A stretch of DNA of 20,000 nt, taken from the sequence record DRR723986_9449, one strand, 5' to 3'. Of this stretch, positions 1 to 8,617 are shown one piece after another. Positions within the stretch are counted from its first letter, which is position 1. Each line of letters starts with the position of its first letter. Below the pieces are notes generated by a model. It saw nothing but the letters and a program-made list of their open reading frames with translations, did not search any database and was not told where the DNA came from. The translations under genes were made by a program, and so were the position numbers.

Positions 1-2
1 GC

Positions 3-488
3 TTTTTTCCCATCCCCATCGATATGATGCTTATACCCATGATTCTCGCCAACCGGTTGAAGGCATGGCGGCTGGCCACCATCACTTTGATTACATCTGT
101 GCTGGGCGGCATAGCAGGCTATGCCATCGGTGCCTTTTTTTATGAAGTTATCGGCGAGCCCATCATTAATTTTTATGGCTACCAGGAGCAATTCATCACC
201 CTGCAGGAAACCTTTCTCGAATGGGGTGTGTTGTTTATTTTGGTAGCTGGCTTTACCCCTGTCCCTTTCAAACTTGTAACCATTACCGCCGGTGCAGTTT
301 CCATGAACCCTGTGCTGTTTGCCCTCACATCCATTCCGGCACGCGGAGCGCGGTTTTACTTGGTGGCAGGGTTGTTATGGAAATTCGGTGACCCGATCAA
401 AGATTTCATTGAAAAACGCTTGGGCCTTGTTACCACCGCCATGATGGTGCTGGGCGTAGGCGGGTTTGTCGTGATCAAATATATCTAA
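3..488 (+). CDS. YqaA/DedA (VTT, SNARE-associated) family membrane protein, 5'-truncated by the window edge
   Basis: The frame is open from base 3 (FFPIPIDMMLIPM), matching the YqaA-type 'SFFPIPxD' motif, so the true start lies upstream of the window. Also has 'AGFTPVPFK', 'RGARFY' and several hydrophobic helices. Confidence 0.85.
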   Translation, partial: FFPIPIDMMLIPMILANRLKAWRLATITLITSVLGGIAGYAIGAFFYEVIGEPIINFYGYQEQFITLQETFLEWGVLFILVAGFTPVPFKLVTITAGAVSMNPVLFALTSIPARGARFYLVAGLLWKFGDPIKDFIEKRLGLVTTAMMVLGVGGFVVIKYI

Positions 489-498
489 GGTACATGCT

Positions 499-984
499 AT
501 GAGTTCCTCTTTAATGACACTGCCAGAACGAGACCCGGTTTTATTTGCAGGCCTTGCTGCGGCCGTTATCCTACTTGCTGCTTTTGGTTTTCAACTGGCT
601 GGTTACCACCCTTGCGAAATGTGCTGGTGGCAGCGCTACCCGTATATGGCCATTATAGCGGTGGCTATTGTTGCCAAAGCTGCCCCGAAAGTACCACACA
701 AGCCAGTGCTACTGATGCTGGCGCTGTTGTTTGCCCTTGATGCGGGCCTTGCCGGTTTTCATGCGGGCGTTGAACAGGGCTGGTGGGAAGGTATTACAAC
801 CTGCTCTGCGTCCATAAACTCAAGTGCGAGCATAGAAGATGCGCTTGCGGCAATTGACAATGCACCGCTTATACGGTGCGACGAAATAGCATGGTCCTTG
901 TTCGGCGTATCGATGGCGGGCTATAACTTCGTATTGGCGCTGGCAATGACCTTATTTTGCTTGCGCCGCTATAGAAACAGCTAA
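499..984 (+). CDS. dsbB: Disulfide bond formation protein B (DsbB family)
   Basis: Four hydrophobic segments, PCEMCWWQRYPY (CxxC..QR), second Cys pair (ITTC...IRCDE) and 'WSLFGVSMAGYN' C-terminal motif. Confidence 0.9.
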   Translation: MSSSLMTLPERDPVLFAGLAAAVILLAAFGFQLAGYHPCEMCWWQRYPYMAIIAVAIVAKAAPKVPHKPVLLMLALLFALDAGLAGFHAGVEQGWWEGITTCSASINSSASIEDALAAIDNAPLIRCDEIAWSLFGVSMAGYNFVLALAMTLFCLRRYRNS

Positions 985-1013
985 TGCTTTATACTTAAAC
1001 GTGAAGGCTTGCC

Positions 1014-1589
1014 ATGCCATCTGATGACATCAAATCAAACCCGCTTTCCGACAGCCCCCTTCCCGGTGACCGATCGCGCGAGCAAGAAACCGATCGGATG
1101 GTGCGCGTGGACCATGCGGGGGAATTTGGCGCTGTACGCATTTATGCGGGCCAGCGCGCGATTTTAGGCGAAAACCACCCAAAAGCGGCACTATTTCGTC
1201 ATATGCACGAACAGGAGAAGGTGCATTTGGCCAAGTTCGATGAAATTATCAACGAACGCGGTGTGCGCCCCACCATTATGGCCCCCTTTTGGGACATTGC
1301 CGGCTTTGCGCTTGGCGCCACCACGGCCCTGATGGGCGAAAAAGCAGCCATGGCCTGCACGCAGGCGGTTGAGGAAGTGATCGACGAGCATTATGAAAGC
1401 CAGCGCGTCAAGCTAAAGGGCAAAGACCCCGAGCTGGAAGAAGTCATCGAAACCTTCCAGGCTGAAGAGGTTGAGCATAAACGCATTGCCGAAGAACACG
1501 GTGCGGAAGAAGCCGTTGGGTACCCCGTGCTTTCTGCCTCCATCAAGGCAGGTTGCCGCGCTGCCATCTGGCTTTCCAAGCGAGTTTAA
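1014..1589 (+). CDS. coq7: Demethoxyubiquinone hydroxylase (Coq7, di-iron carboxylate)
   Basis: RVDHAGEFGAVRIYAGQ, EKVH, AVEEVIDEHY and EEVEH di-iron motifs typical of Coq7/Clk-1. Confidence 0.93.
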   Translation: MPSDDIKSNPLSDSPLPGDRSREQETDRMVRVDHAGEFGAVRIYAGQRAILGENHPKAALFRHMHEQEKVHLAKFDEIINERGVRPTIMAPFWDIAGFALGATTALMGEKAAMACTQAVEEVIDEHYESQRVKLKGKDPELEEVIETFQAEEVEHKRIAEEHGAEEAVGYPVLSASIKAGCRAAIWLSKRV

Positions 1590-1615
1590 CTAACAGCAAA
1601 AACCTTCGCTTCAGG

Positions 1616-2719
1616 TTAGCGGCTGTTGAAGCCTGCTTCCCAGTCTTTCGCTTTAAACACTTTCACAGGTTTGGCTTTAGCTTCCGTGTAATTAGCGGGC
1701 GGGGTTTCCGGCGCACTTGCATGCTTCCATCGGCCATCAGCTGATATGTGCAATACCTCGGTTTCAGGATCTGCGGTGCCGATTGTGCGGTCTTTCATTT
1801 TATCCCACACCATCACTTTATACATTAAGCTTGAGGAGTCCCTTAGCTCACCAAACCAGTTCGGGTGGATGCGAAGCTCCACATAGGTTCCGTCAAACTT
1901 TAGGCCGCGCTCGTAAGCATTGTTGATCATCCACAACAGGGCGCGGTCCGACAGACCGCTGTCTGCGTACCCGCCGCCCACATTGGAGTGTACGCCTGGA
2001 AACCATGCCTGGAGCAAGGTTTGACCATCCGCCAGATTGTCCGGACTCCACAGCGTTGGTTTAAACGGGCCGCGGCGTTCATTAATGGCAACCGCATGAT
2101 AGGCGTGGCTCACATGGGTACCCAGCGTTACATCATGAAATCCGCTGCGTTTTCTGGTCCACCATCCAAGCGGGCCGGTTGTTGGTACACCCAGCGCCCC
2201 AACAGTGTCCCATACGCCGATAAAGTGAACTTTCCCGGGTCTGGATTGATACGCCGCTTTGAAAATATCAGCCAATGCGGTGCGTTCAACTTTATCCTTC
2301 GTACGGTAAGCAGTTTTTGCGTCCGCAATCAGTTTGTCTTGAGCCTCCAGCCCTTCCGGCAACGCGGGTATGCCGCACACACCTACAAGGCCTGCAAGAC
2401 TGCGCGCAGTGAAAGCCCCGCGACTAAAGCCAAACATGTATATTTGGTCGCCATCCTGATATGTTTGCACCAGCCACCGGTATGCTTGCAGGATGTTTTT
2501 CATGATGCCCTGTCCGGTCATACCACCAATGAATTTGTCAAGCGCGCCACCAGTGCCAACGCCGGTATCATAGTAAACCACCTGCTCCAAACCTGGAGAT
2601 ACTCTGCCCTGCTTGATGGCCCGCGCCATTTTGACCACATTGCTGGGCACCTGCCGACCACGATCTTTTTGGTCTGGTGTGTTCCAGGTTCCGTCCAGAC
2701 AAACGACCAAATTCCGCAT
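1616..2719 (-). CDS. DUF2235 alpha/beta-hydrolase (Tle1-like phospholipase domain)
   Basis: MRNLVVCLDGTWN, YYDTGVGT, FGFSRGA (GxSxG), GVWDTV and WFPGVHSNVGGGY. Start moved to ATG 2719, which has AGGGA upstream. Confidence 0.9.
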   Translation of the reverse strand: MRNLVVCLDGTWNTPDQKDRGRQVPSNVVKMARAIKQGRVSPGLEQVVYYDTGVGTGGALDKFIGGMTGQGIMKNILQAYRWLVQTYQDGDQIYMFGFSRGAFTARSLAGLVGVCGIPALPEGLEAQDKLIADAKTAYRTKDKVERTALADIFKAAYQSRPGKVHFIGVWDTVGALGVPTTGPLGWWTRKRSGFHDVTLGTHVSHAYHAVAINERRGPFKPTLWSPDNLADGQTLLQAWFPGVHSNVGGGYADSGLSDRALLWMINNAYERGLKFDGTYVELRIHPNWFGELRDSSSLMYKVMVWDKMKDRTIGTADPETEVLHISADGRWKHASAPETPPANYTEAKAKPVKVFKAKDWEAGFNSR

Positions 2720-2752
2720 AGTTTTTTCCCTGTTATCCGTGATCAAACCGAA

Positions 2753-3967
2753 CTATTCTGCCGCCGCTACGGCATGGCTTGTTTTGGCCAAATAGCGCGC
2801 AATGCGGTTTTCAACATTGGCCTTAATATCCATATAGAAAAGCTGCCAGTCATAGGAATGGTATAGCTGCCGCTCGTCAATGCCACCAGCAAACACATTG
2901 TCGTATTGGCTTTCAATATAAAGCGTGCCGCCTGCGTCGCACTGTGCCCATGTTAGACTCGGCACTGGCTGCGCCAAAACATCATAGGAAACACCTGCAT
3001 TGCGGTTTAGCAGAAGGTCTATCGGACGAAAAGTTGTTGCAAGCGGCATGGCACCTTTGTGCTCAATCTTCTCAGCGCGGACCGTGTCCGGGCGCCAACT
3101 TATGGGGTTTACACACAGCGTTTTCTCGCCCGAGGTCCACTCCCAACCGGTTTTGTACCAGTGCGTGATAGTGCCCGAAACATCGCGACCGGATCCAGCA
3201 TCGCCGAACGTGTCATAGGTTACAAAGCAACCTGTAGCATCCGCGTCCGCGCACAACCCGATAGAGGATAGTCCGCGCTCTAACTTGTCGGCGGAGAACC
3301 AGAAGCCAATTGGGTATGCCGCCACCATCATTTCCTCAAGCGGGGTACCGTCAACCCGTGTTTCCATCAGTCGAAACACATGTAGCGACCCTTGGCTATG
3401 GCCCGCCAAAATGAATGGCCGCGCAGGGTCACGCTGTGCAAGAAACGCATCGAACGCAGCTTCAACATCGCGGTAAGCCAGCTCCAGCGCTTTGAAGCTG
3501 TTTTCGCTGGCCAGCTCGTCTGCATCTGTTGGTTTGGTGAACACAGTAATATGGGCTTCACGGTAACGCGGCGCATAGAAGCGACAACAATCATTAAATA
3601 GTGTGCCGTGGCCTGCTAAAACTGTTTCCAGTGTTTGCGCGGCGTTCTCAGCCAAATTCATTGATGAGTTCCATTCCCCCGGACCAAAATAGGTGGTGGG
3701 GTGCACATAGAAAACATCAACCAACGCAGCGGCCGGATTAGCAGCGATGCCGGTTAATGTCAGGTCTGCCGTATCTGCTATATGCGGGTGAGAGGCCCAA
3801 GAAGACAACTTGCTGTAATCAGGCCTATCTGGCAATCCAGCAGTGTCGAAACGATCCGGTGGGCCAAGACGGGCAGAGATCAGTTGATCTCGGAACATAA
3901 CCACAGCGATGACAAGCACCAATAAAACACCAACAACTTTGGCGCTTGTTTTTAGAATTTTTTTCAC
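2753..3967 (-). CDS. DUF3089 family alpha/beta-hydrolase with N-terminal membrane anchor or signal
   Basis: DVFYVHPTTY, FYAPRYR, PFILAGHSQGS (GxSxG), CVNP and C-terminal YHSYDWQLFY. Basic then hydrophobic N-terminus. GTG start. Confidence 0.85.
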   Translation of the reverse strand: MKKILKTSAKVVGVLLVLVIAVVMFRDQLISARLGPPDRFDTAGLPDRPDYSKLSSWASHPHIADTADLTLTGIAANPAAALVDVFYVHPTTYFGPGEWNSSMNLAENAAQTLETVLAGHGTLFNDCCRFYAPRYREAHITVFTKPTDADELASENSFKALELAYRDVEAAFDAFLAQRDPARPFILAGHSQGSLHVFRLMETRVDGTPLEEMMVAAYPIGFWFSADKLERGLSSIGLCADADATGCFVTYDTFGDAGSGRDVSGTITHWYKTGWEWTSGEKTLCVNPISWRPDTVRAEKIEHKGAMPLATTFRPIDLLLNRNAGVSYDVLAQPVPSLTWAQCDAGGTLYIESQYDNVFAGGIDERQLYHSYDWQLFYMDIKANVENRIARYLAKTSHAVAAAE

Positions 3968-4063
3968 GAGCCCTGCTTTCTCTTAACCCCCAAGAGCGCC
4001 CTGAATAGCAAATATAAAACCCGGATGCACCTAATGAATGCAGCTGAGATTCTATGGGTGAAT

Positions 4064-4774
4064 TTAACGCAGTATCACAGAACCATTAGGTGTGGTGATC
4101 GTGAGCCAAATGTTTGGCTTACCGGCTGGCTGCAGCACAATCGGCAACTTGTTGGCTTCAACCACATCTCGCAGCTTAACCGCATCTGGGTGGGCAATGG
4201 TCAACCGAACAATAGCAGCGCCTTTTGCTGACGTAAGCGCCGGATGCGGCTCGCTCAGCCAATTGATGACGAACTGAAACTTGTCAGGGCCAAAGTTTAA
4301 ATCTGCCAGCGAAGAAGTTTGCCAGGAAAGCATACTGCCGTCAGGTTTTTCACGGCCACCTTCCCGGAGTTCACCCAGATTAAGAACTTTAAGGGCCTCA
4401 GGTGGTGCGTTTAAGTCTGCTGAAAAGGCAAACCCTGCAACATGTTCATGTGCATATGATTTAGCGCTTTCGCCAAGGTCGGCAATATCTGCGCCCTTTT
4501 TGGGGCCAACAAGTTCGAGATACGTACACGGCCCCAACGACACCAGATAATTGGCCGTAACGCCGTTGGTGTGCTCACCGCCGTAGATGGGGTCAATGCC
4601 TGTTAGCTTGGCAAATCTGCCAACATAGTCTTCAAGATCCGGCACTGCCCATATAACATGGTCAAGCGATACGCCTGCAGCGCCGCATGCGTTGGTTTGC
4701 GCTTTCGCAGGTATTGCCAGCGCAAACACCAGCGAGGAAAAGATAGCAAGATATTTAAGTTTCAAGTTCAGCAT
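4064..4774 (-). CDS. VOC/glyoxalase-like domain protein (Glyoxalase_3 type) with predicted signal peptide
   Basis: LDHVIWAVPDL, GGEH..G.TANYLVSLG..TYLELVGP, GGREKPDGSMLSW and FVINW...HP. The N-terminus KLKYLAIFSSLVFALAIPAKA-Q looks like a Sec signal. Start uncertain (ATG 4774 or TTG 4765); both overlap the HNH gene end. Confidence 0.78.
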   Translation of the reverse strand: MLNLKLKYLAIFSSLVFALAIPAKAQTNACGAAGVSLDHVIWAVPDLEDYVGRFAKLTGIDPIYGGEHTNGVTANYLVSLGPCTYLELVGPKKGADIADLGESAKSYAHEHVAGFAFSADLNAPPEALKVLNLGELREGGREKPDGSMLSWQTSSLADLNFGPDKFQFVINWLSEPHPALTSAKGAAIVRLTIAHPDAVKLRDVVEANKLPIVLQPAGKPNIWLTITTPNGSVILR

Positions 4775-5327
4775 CCCAATATAAATAATCTCGCCAACTA
4801 TCATGCAGATAATTGGGCGGAAACAAACGACCATTCGCGTTTAGTTCGTGCGTTGTTGGCCTACAAGGGTTTCGGCGCGGATACATGGACGATTGTTTAG
4901 GTGTCCGCCCGCCTTTTTTCAGATTACACGGCGAACAAGCCGCTGTAATATTGGTCCAGCTTGTGCGGCCCCCTTGGCTTTTTGGTATCACATGGTCAAA
5001 GGTCAACTCATCAGATGATCCGCAATATTGGCATGTAAACTGATCTCGTAAAAATAGATTGAAGCGCGTAAAAGCCGGATATTGCGGTTGGCGGATATAT
5101 TTTCTAAGCGCAATAACGCTTGGCAGGCTCATCTCAAGGGACGGTGAATGTACAACCGTGTCATACTGAGAAACAATATCCACCCGGTTCAGGAAAACAG
5201 CTTTCAACGCTGTTTGCCAATTCCAAATACTTAAGGGGTAATAGCTCAATGGTCGGTAATCAGCGTTTAGAACCAACGCTGGACAGGTTTCTGGTGTAGG
5301 CATCTTGGGCGCAAACGCGACACCCAT
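4755..5327 (-). CDS. HNH endonuclease (McrA/COG1403-like, stand-alone)
   Basis: PALVLNADYRPLSYYPLS, FTRFNLFLRDQFTCQYCG, TFDHVIP, WTNITAACSPCNLKKG (two CxxC plus the HNH core). GGGGGA RBS upstream of the ATG. Confidence 0.92.
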   Translation of the reverse strand: MGVAFAPKMPTPETCPALVLNADYRPLSYYPLSIWNWQTALKAVFLNRVDIVSQYDTVVHSPSLEMSLPSVIALRKYIRQPQYPAFTRFNLFLRDQFTCQYCGSSDELTFDHVIPKSQGGRTSWTNITAACSPCNLKKGGRTPKQSSMYPRRNPCRPTTHELNANGRLFPPNYLHDSWRDYLYWDAELET

Positions 5328-5431
5328 AATTATTTCCCCCGATCACTAGCCTGATCAATAAGAAGGACAGCCATTAGTCACTATCGGCTCAGCCTATGCC
5401 GCAAATACGGACTCCTTCCGACATGCTCTAA

Positions 5432-5478
5432 AATCAAGATACAGTGTTACAAGAGTATGACAACCCATTATATTGGGG
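5432..5478 (-). promoter_or_regulatory. Tandem NrdR-box-like sites overlapping a candidate sigma70 promoter of the HNH gene
   Basis: AATCAAGATACAGTGT (5432-5447) and ACCCATTATATTGGGG (5463-5478) each match 12/16 of acaCwAtATaTwGtgt and start 31 bp apart. Minus-strand TTGTCA (5463-5458)-N16-TATCTT (5441-5436) overlaps them. Confidence 0.6.
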
Positions 5479-5548
5479 TAACTTTTATCAACGGTGCGCA
5501 GCAGAATTTGATGTTATGGTTAATTCTATAAAAATTTGACATCAACAT

Positions 5549-6016
5549 TCATTGCATAATTTTTTGCCAGCGAGTTTGCATTTCCTCAGCAGACAAGTCT
5601 TCAATTTTATGCTGTATAAACCAGCTATATCCATATGGGTCTGCAACCATACCGCCGCGATATCCATAAAATTGATCTTCCACTGGTCGTAATAAAGTAC
5701 ACCCACAAGATATCGCATGTGCAAACAGCTGGTCGGCGTCTTCGGTTTCAATGGTGAACTTGACAGGAGACCCACCAATCGAAATGGGACTAAGCGCCCC
5801 AAAATCCGGATATTCATCTGCCAACATCATTTTGGAAGCACCAATTCGAATTTCTGCATGCCCAATTTTGCCATCAGGGCCTGATAACCTTAATTCTTCA
5901 ACTGCTCCAAATGCCTTGCGGTAGAATTCTATCGCTTCAGCAGCATTCTTCACCCCTAAATAGCTGGCTACCGAATTAATCTTCGCAGCTACATTTGATT
6001 TGTTGTCTCTGCTCAT
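5549..6016 (-). CDS. VOC family protein (PhnB-like glyoxalase/bleomycin-resistance fold)
   Basis: YLGVKNAAEAIEFYRKAFGA, GKIGHAEIRIG, MLADEYP and DQFYGYRGGMVADPYGYSW. Start moved to ATG 6016 (purine-rich AAGAGAAG upstream). Confidence 0.88.
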   Translation of the reverse strand: MSRDNKSNVAAKINSVASYLGVKNAAEAIEFYRKAFGAVEELRLSGPDGKIGHAEIRIGASKMMLADEYPDFGALSPISIGGSPVKFTIETEDADQLFAHAISCGCTLLRPVEDQFYGYRGGMVADPYGYSWFIQHKIEDLSAEEMQTRWQKIMQ

Positions 6017-6049
6017 CGTTCTTCTCTTGTTGTGATGATTCAATTATGT

Positions 6050-6065
6050 TACGTTACGTAACGTA
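6050..6065. promoter_or_regulatory. Perfect 16-bp palindrome TACGTTACGTAACGTA, probable TetR operator
   Basis: Exact self-complementary 16-mer in the 80-bp gap between the divergent VOC and TetR genes. A minus-strand TTGACA (6083-6078) puts the -10 region inside the palindrome. Confidence 0.75.
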
Positions 6066-6096
6066 TATATTATTACATGTCAATATAGGAAAATTA

Positions 6097-6699
6097 GTGA
6101 CTTCAAAACCAAATAAGAAAAGCCCCGGCAGACCAAGAAGCCAAAAAATTCAAAAAGCAATATTAGAGGCCACATCAACTCTAATAAAAGAACGAGGCGT
6201 GCCCGGCGTAACAATAGAGGCTGTGGCAACAACAGCGGGAGTGGGCAAACCAACCATTTATCGATACTGGGCCAACGCTCATGAATTAACAATGAGTGCA
6301 CTGATTGACGCTTCACCTGCCATTACCGTCGTCCAAAATTCTGATGCGGTAATTGCACTTCGCAGCTTGCTTCATGGGGTTGCAGAAATGTTCACTAGCC
6401 CAACAGGGCGGTATATTGCCCTTGTTTTAGCGTCAGCGGACGATAGTTCTGAGATTGCAAAAGCTTTCAGAAGCCATTTTATCCAGTCCCGTCGCAAAGA
6501 AGCAGAAGACTTGTTGGACAAAGCAATATTGGCGGGCACCCTCAGCTCCAATGCGCCGGTCACAATTATTTTGGATATGATTTTTGGTGCTGTATTCTAT
6601 CGAATACTCATGGGGCATGCTTCGATCAACCAGAAATTCATGGATCAGTTGATGGCAACCGTTATACCCATGTTTACAATCGAACGCGCAAAGCCATAA
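6097..6699 (+). CDS. TetR/AcrR family transcriptional regulator
   Basis: PGRPRS...AILEAT...TIEAVATTAGVGKPTIYRYW helix-turn-helix. GTG start at 6097 with AGGA at 6087-6090; the ORF-track start at 5995 overlaps the divergent gene. Confidence 0.92.
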   Translation: MTSKPNKKSPGRPRSQKIQKAILEATSTLIKERGVPGVTIEAVATTAGVGKPTIYRYWANAHELTMSALIDASPAITVVQNSDAVIALRSLLHGVAEMFTSPTGRYIALVLASADDSSEIAKAFRSHFIQSRRKEAEDLLDKAILAGTLSSNAPVTIILDMIFGAVFYRILMGHASINQKFMDQLMATVIPMFTIERAKP

Positions 6700-6750
6700 T
6701 GACTTAAGTACATTTTCACTGCCCCAAGTAACATAAGCCTCAGAACACCT

Positions 6751-7626
6751 ATGCATATATTACATGATCAAGCAGCCAATTTTGTAACCCGGTTTGCCCC
6801 CAGTCCAACCGGACATTTGCACATTGGGCACGCTTATTCTGCCCTATTGGCCTATGAGCAAGCGCAGCTGCATGAGGGTAAATTCATTCTACGCATTGAA
6901 GACATTGACCACGGCCGCTGCCGCCCTGAATTTATTGATGCAATATATGAAGACTTAACGTGGCTGGGCCTACACTGGCAGGAACCAGTTAGAATACAGT
7001 CCAGCCATTTTGAAGAGTACGACGCCGCCCTCATGCGCCTGAAAAACATAGGCGTTACTTATCCGTGCTTTTGTACCCGCAAAGACATTCAAAAAGAAAT
7101 TGAACGCGCGCCGTCAGCGCCCCATGGGCCAGAGGGCATACCCTACCCTGGCACCTGCAGAACCCTTGATAAGTCCCTTGCTAAAACACGTATTGAAGCC
7201 GGCGAGGCTCATGCTTGGCGGCTTGATTTATCGGCGGCTCTGGCGGCAATTGACTCGCCGTTGTTCTGGCATGATAAAGCACAGGGCGAAATTACCGCAC
7301 AGCCTCAACTGCTGGGGGATATTGTCTTAGCGCGCAAGGACACGCCAACCAGTTATCATTTATCTGTTGTTTGCGATGATGCGTTGCAAGGCATTACCCA
7401 TGTCATCCGCGGTGATGACTTGTTCCATGCAACTCATATTCATGCCGTATTGCAAAAACTACTCGGCTTACCGACACCGCTGTATCAGCACCATAAATTA
7501 CTGACCGACAAAAGCGGTAAACGCTACGCAAAGCGTGACAAAGCACTAACCCTTGCGCAAATGCGCGCAAATGGCGTAGATGCAAATGTGCTTGCCACGT
7601 CTCTCATGCAAGAAATGAATGGATAG
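6751..7626 (+). CDS. gluQ: Glutamyl-Q tRNA(Asp) synthetase
   Basis: TRFAPSPTGHLHIGH (HIGH), LRIEDID, YPCFCTRK...YPGTC zinc motif, YHLSVVCDD and VIRGDDL. At 291 aa it lacks the GltX anticodon domain. Confidence 0.92.
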   Translation: MHILHDQAANFVTRFAPSPTGHLHIGHAYSALLAYEQAQLHEGKFILRIEDIDHGRCRPEFIDAIYEDLTWLGLHWQEPVRIQSSHFEEYDAALMRLKNIGVTYPCFCTRKDIQKEIERAPSAPHGPEGIPYPGTCRTLDKSLAKTRIEAGEAHAWRLDLSAALAAIDSPLFWHDKAQGEITAQPQLLGDIVLARKDTPTSYHLSVVCDDALQGITHVIRGDDLFHATHIHAVLQKLLGLPTPLYQHHKLLTDKSGKRYAKRDKALTLAQMRANGVDANVLATSLMQEMNG

Positions 7627-7633
7627 ATTTGAT

Positions 7634-8617
7634 TTATTTCCCGGATAGGTCAATGTCCGGTAATGCGGGTGCTGCAGGCCATTTCAGGTCCGACCTTTCA
7701 TCAAAAAAGAAGTTATTGCCTGTCCATTCATAGTCGATATCACCAACAATAACGTTACCGCGCAATACAGGCTTTGGCATGTTTTCTTTGCTATTGAGGA
7801 ATTTAGAGCCGCCCTCGCGATCAGAAATAATAACATTTTTTTCCATACGCAGTGCGTTCAGTTCAAAAGATTCTTTTTCAGAACCATATGCAATTATAAA
7901 CCAATTCGATGTATTTGCCCCTTCCACCAACAGATTGTTGCGAATAACAGCATTTCCACCATCAGGAATATCGATAAGATAACTATCATCGCCCTCAAGA
8001 GACGCGATAACGTTATTCTCAATCAACGTATGCGCACTTCTGGATTTTATGCCATGGCCTTGGCCTTTTGAACTCAGTATACGCGTACGCCTCACGATCA
8101 ACTGTTTCGCTGCACCAATATAGAGCGAATGCGCCCGACCGCCATTCCCGTTTCGTTCAAATACACTGTCTTCAACCAAAATTTTGTTAGCTTTATTCCA
8201 TGTCAAAATGCCATTTTCATTGTCAGAAAAATTTACATTCCGAAGCGTAATATTACCGCTTTCATGACGCACACAAGCCCCATTACCACTGCCTACTTTC
8301 ATATTGATGCATTTGATGCCTTCAATGGTGATATTATCAGATTGAATAACAAAGGCTGCTTTACCTCCAGCGGTGACACCATCAAATACTACGCCAGGAT
8401 TGCCTGTAATCAAGACGCCGTCATGGCCATGCTTGAGAATTCCGGCTTCTTTGTAGATACCTGGTTCAAGGCGTATAATACCGCCCGGATTAACCGCATC
8501 AAATGCCTTCTGAAGCGATGGCATTAATACGCCGTCCGCATAAATCGCACCGCTTTGCGCGCTGGCGCCCGTTGCACCAAAAGCCATAACAATCAAAGTT
8601 AATAAGAAACGCATCAT
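7634..8617 (-). CDS. Secreted right-handed parallel beta-helix (pectate lyase-like fold) protein
   Basis: Signal peptide (RFLLTLIVMAFGATGASA-Q) and repeated beta-helix units (ITIEGIKC, ITLRNVNF, ILVEDSVF, TLIENNVI, AVIRNNLL). AGGAG RBS. Substrate unknown. Confidence 0.75.
   Translation of the reverse strand: MMRFLLTLIVMAFGATGASAQSGAIYADGVLMPSLQKAFDAVNPGGIIRLEPGIYKEAGILKHGHDGVLITGNPGVVFDGVTAGGKAAFVIQSDNITIEGIKCINMKVGSGNGACVRHESGNITLRNVNFSDNENGILTWNKANKILVEDSVFERNGNGGRAHSLYIGAAKQLIVRRTRILSSKGQGHGIKSRSAHTLIENNVIASLEGDDSYLIDIPDGGNAVIRNNLLVEGANTSNWFIIAYGSEKESFELNALRMEKNVIISDREGGSKFLNSKENMPKPVLRGNVIVGDIDYEWTGNNFFFDERSDLKWPAAPALPDIDLSGK

Noticed and set aside
1988-2866. 292-aa plus-strand ORF
   Set aside because: Antisense shadow of the well-supported DUF2235/DUF3089 genes; no recognisable motifs.
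4755-5548. HNH gene plus upstream structured RNA as an IscB/HEARO (OMEGA) or Cas9-like system
   Set aside because: The protein is 190 aa with no RuvC or PLMP motifs, and there are no IS ends or repeat array.
5995-6096. Cys-rich N-terminal extension of TetR in the ORF track
   Set aside because: Overlaps the divergent gene and the operator; GTG 6097 has an RBS and gives a normal TetR length.
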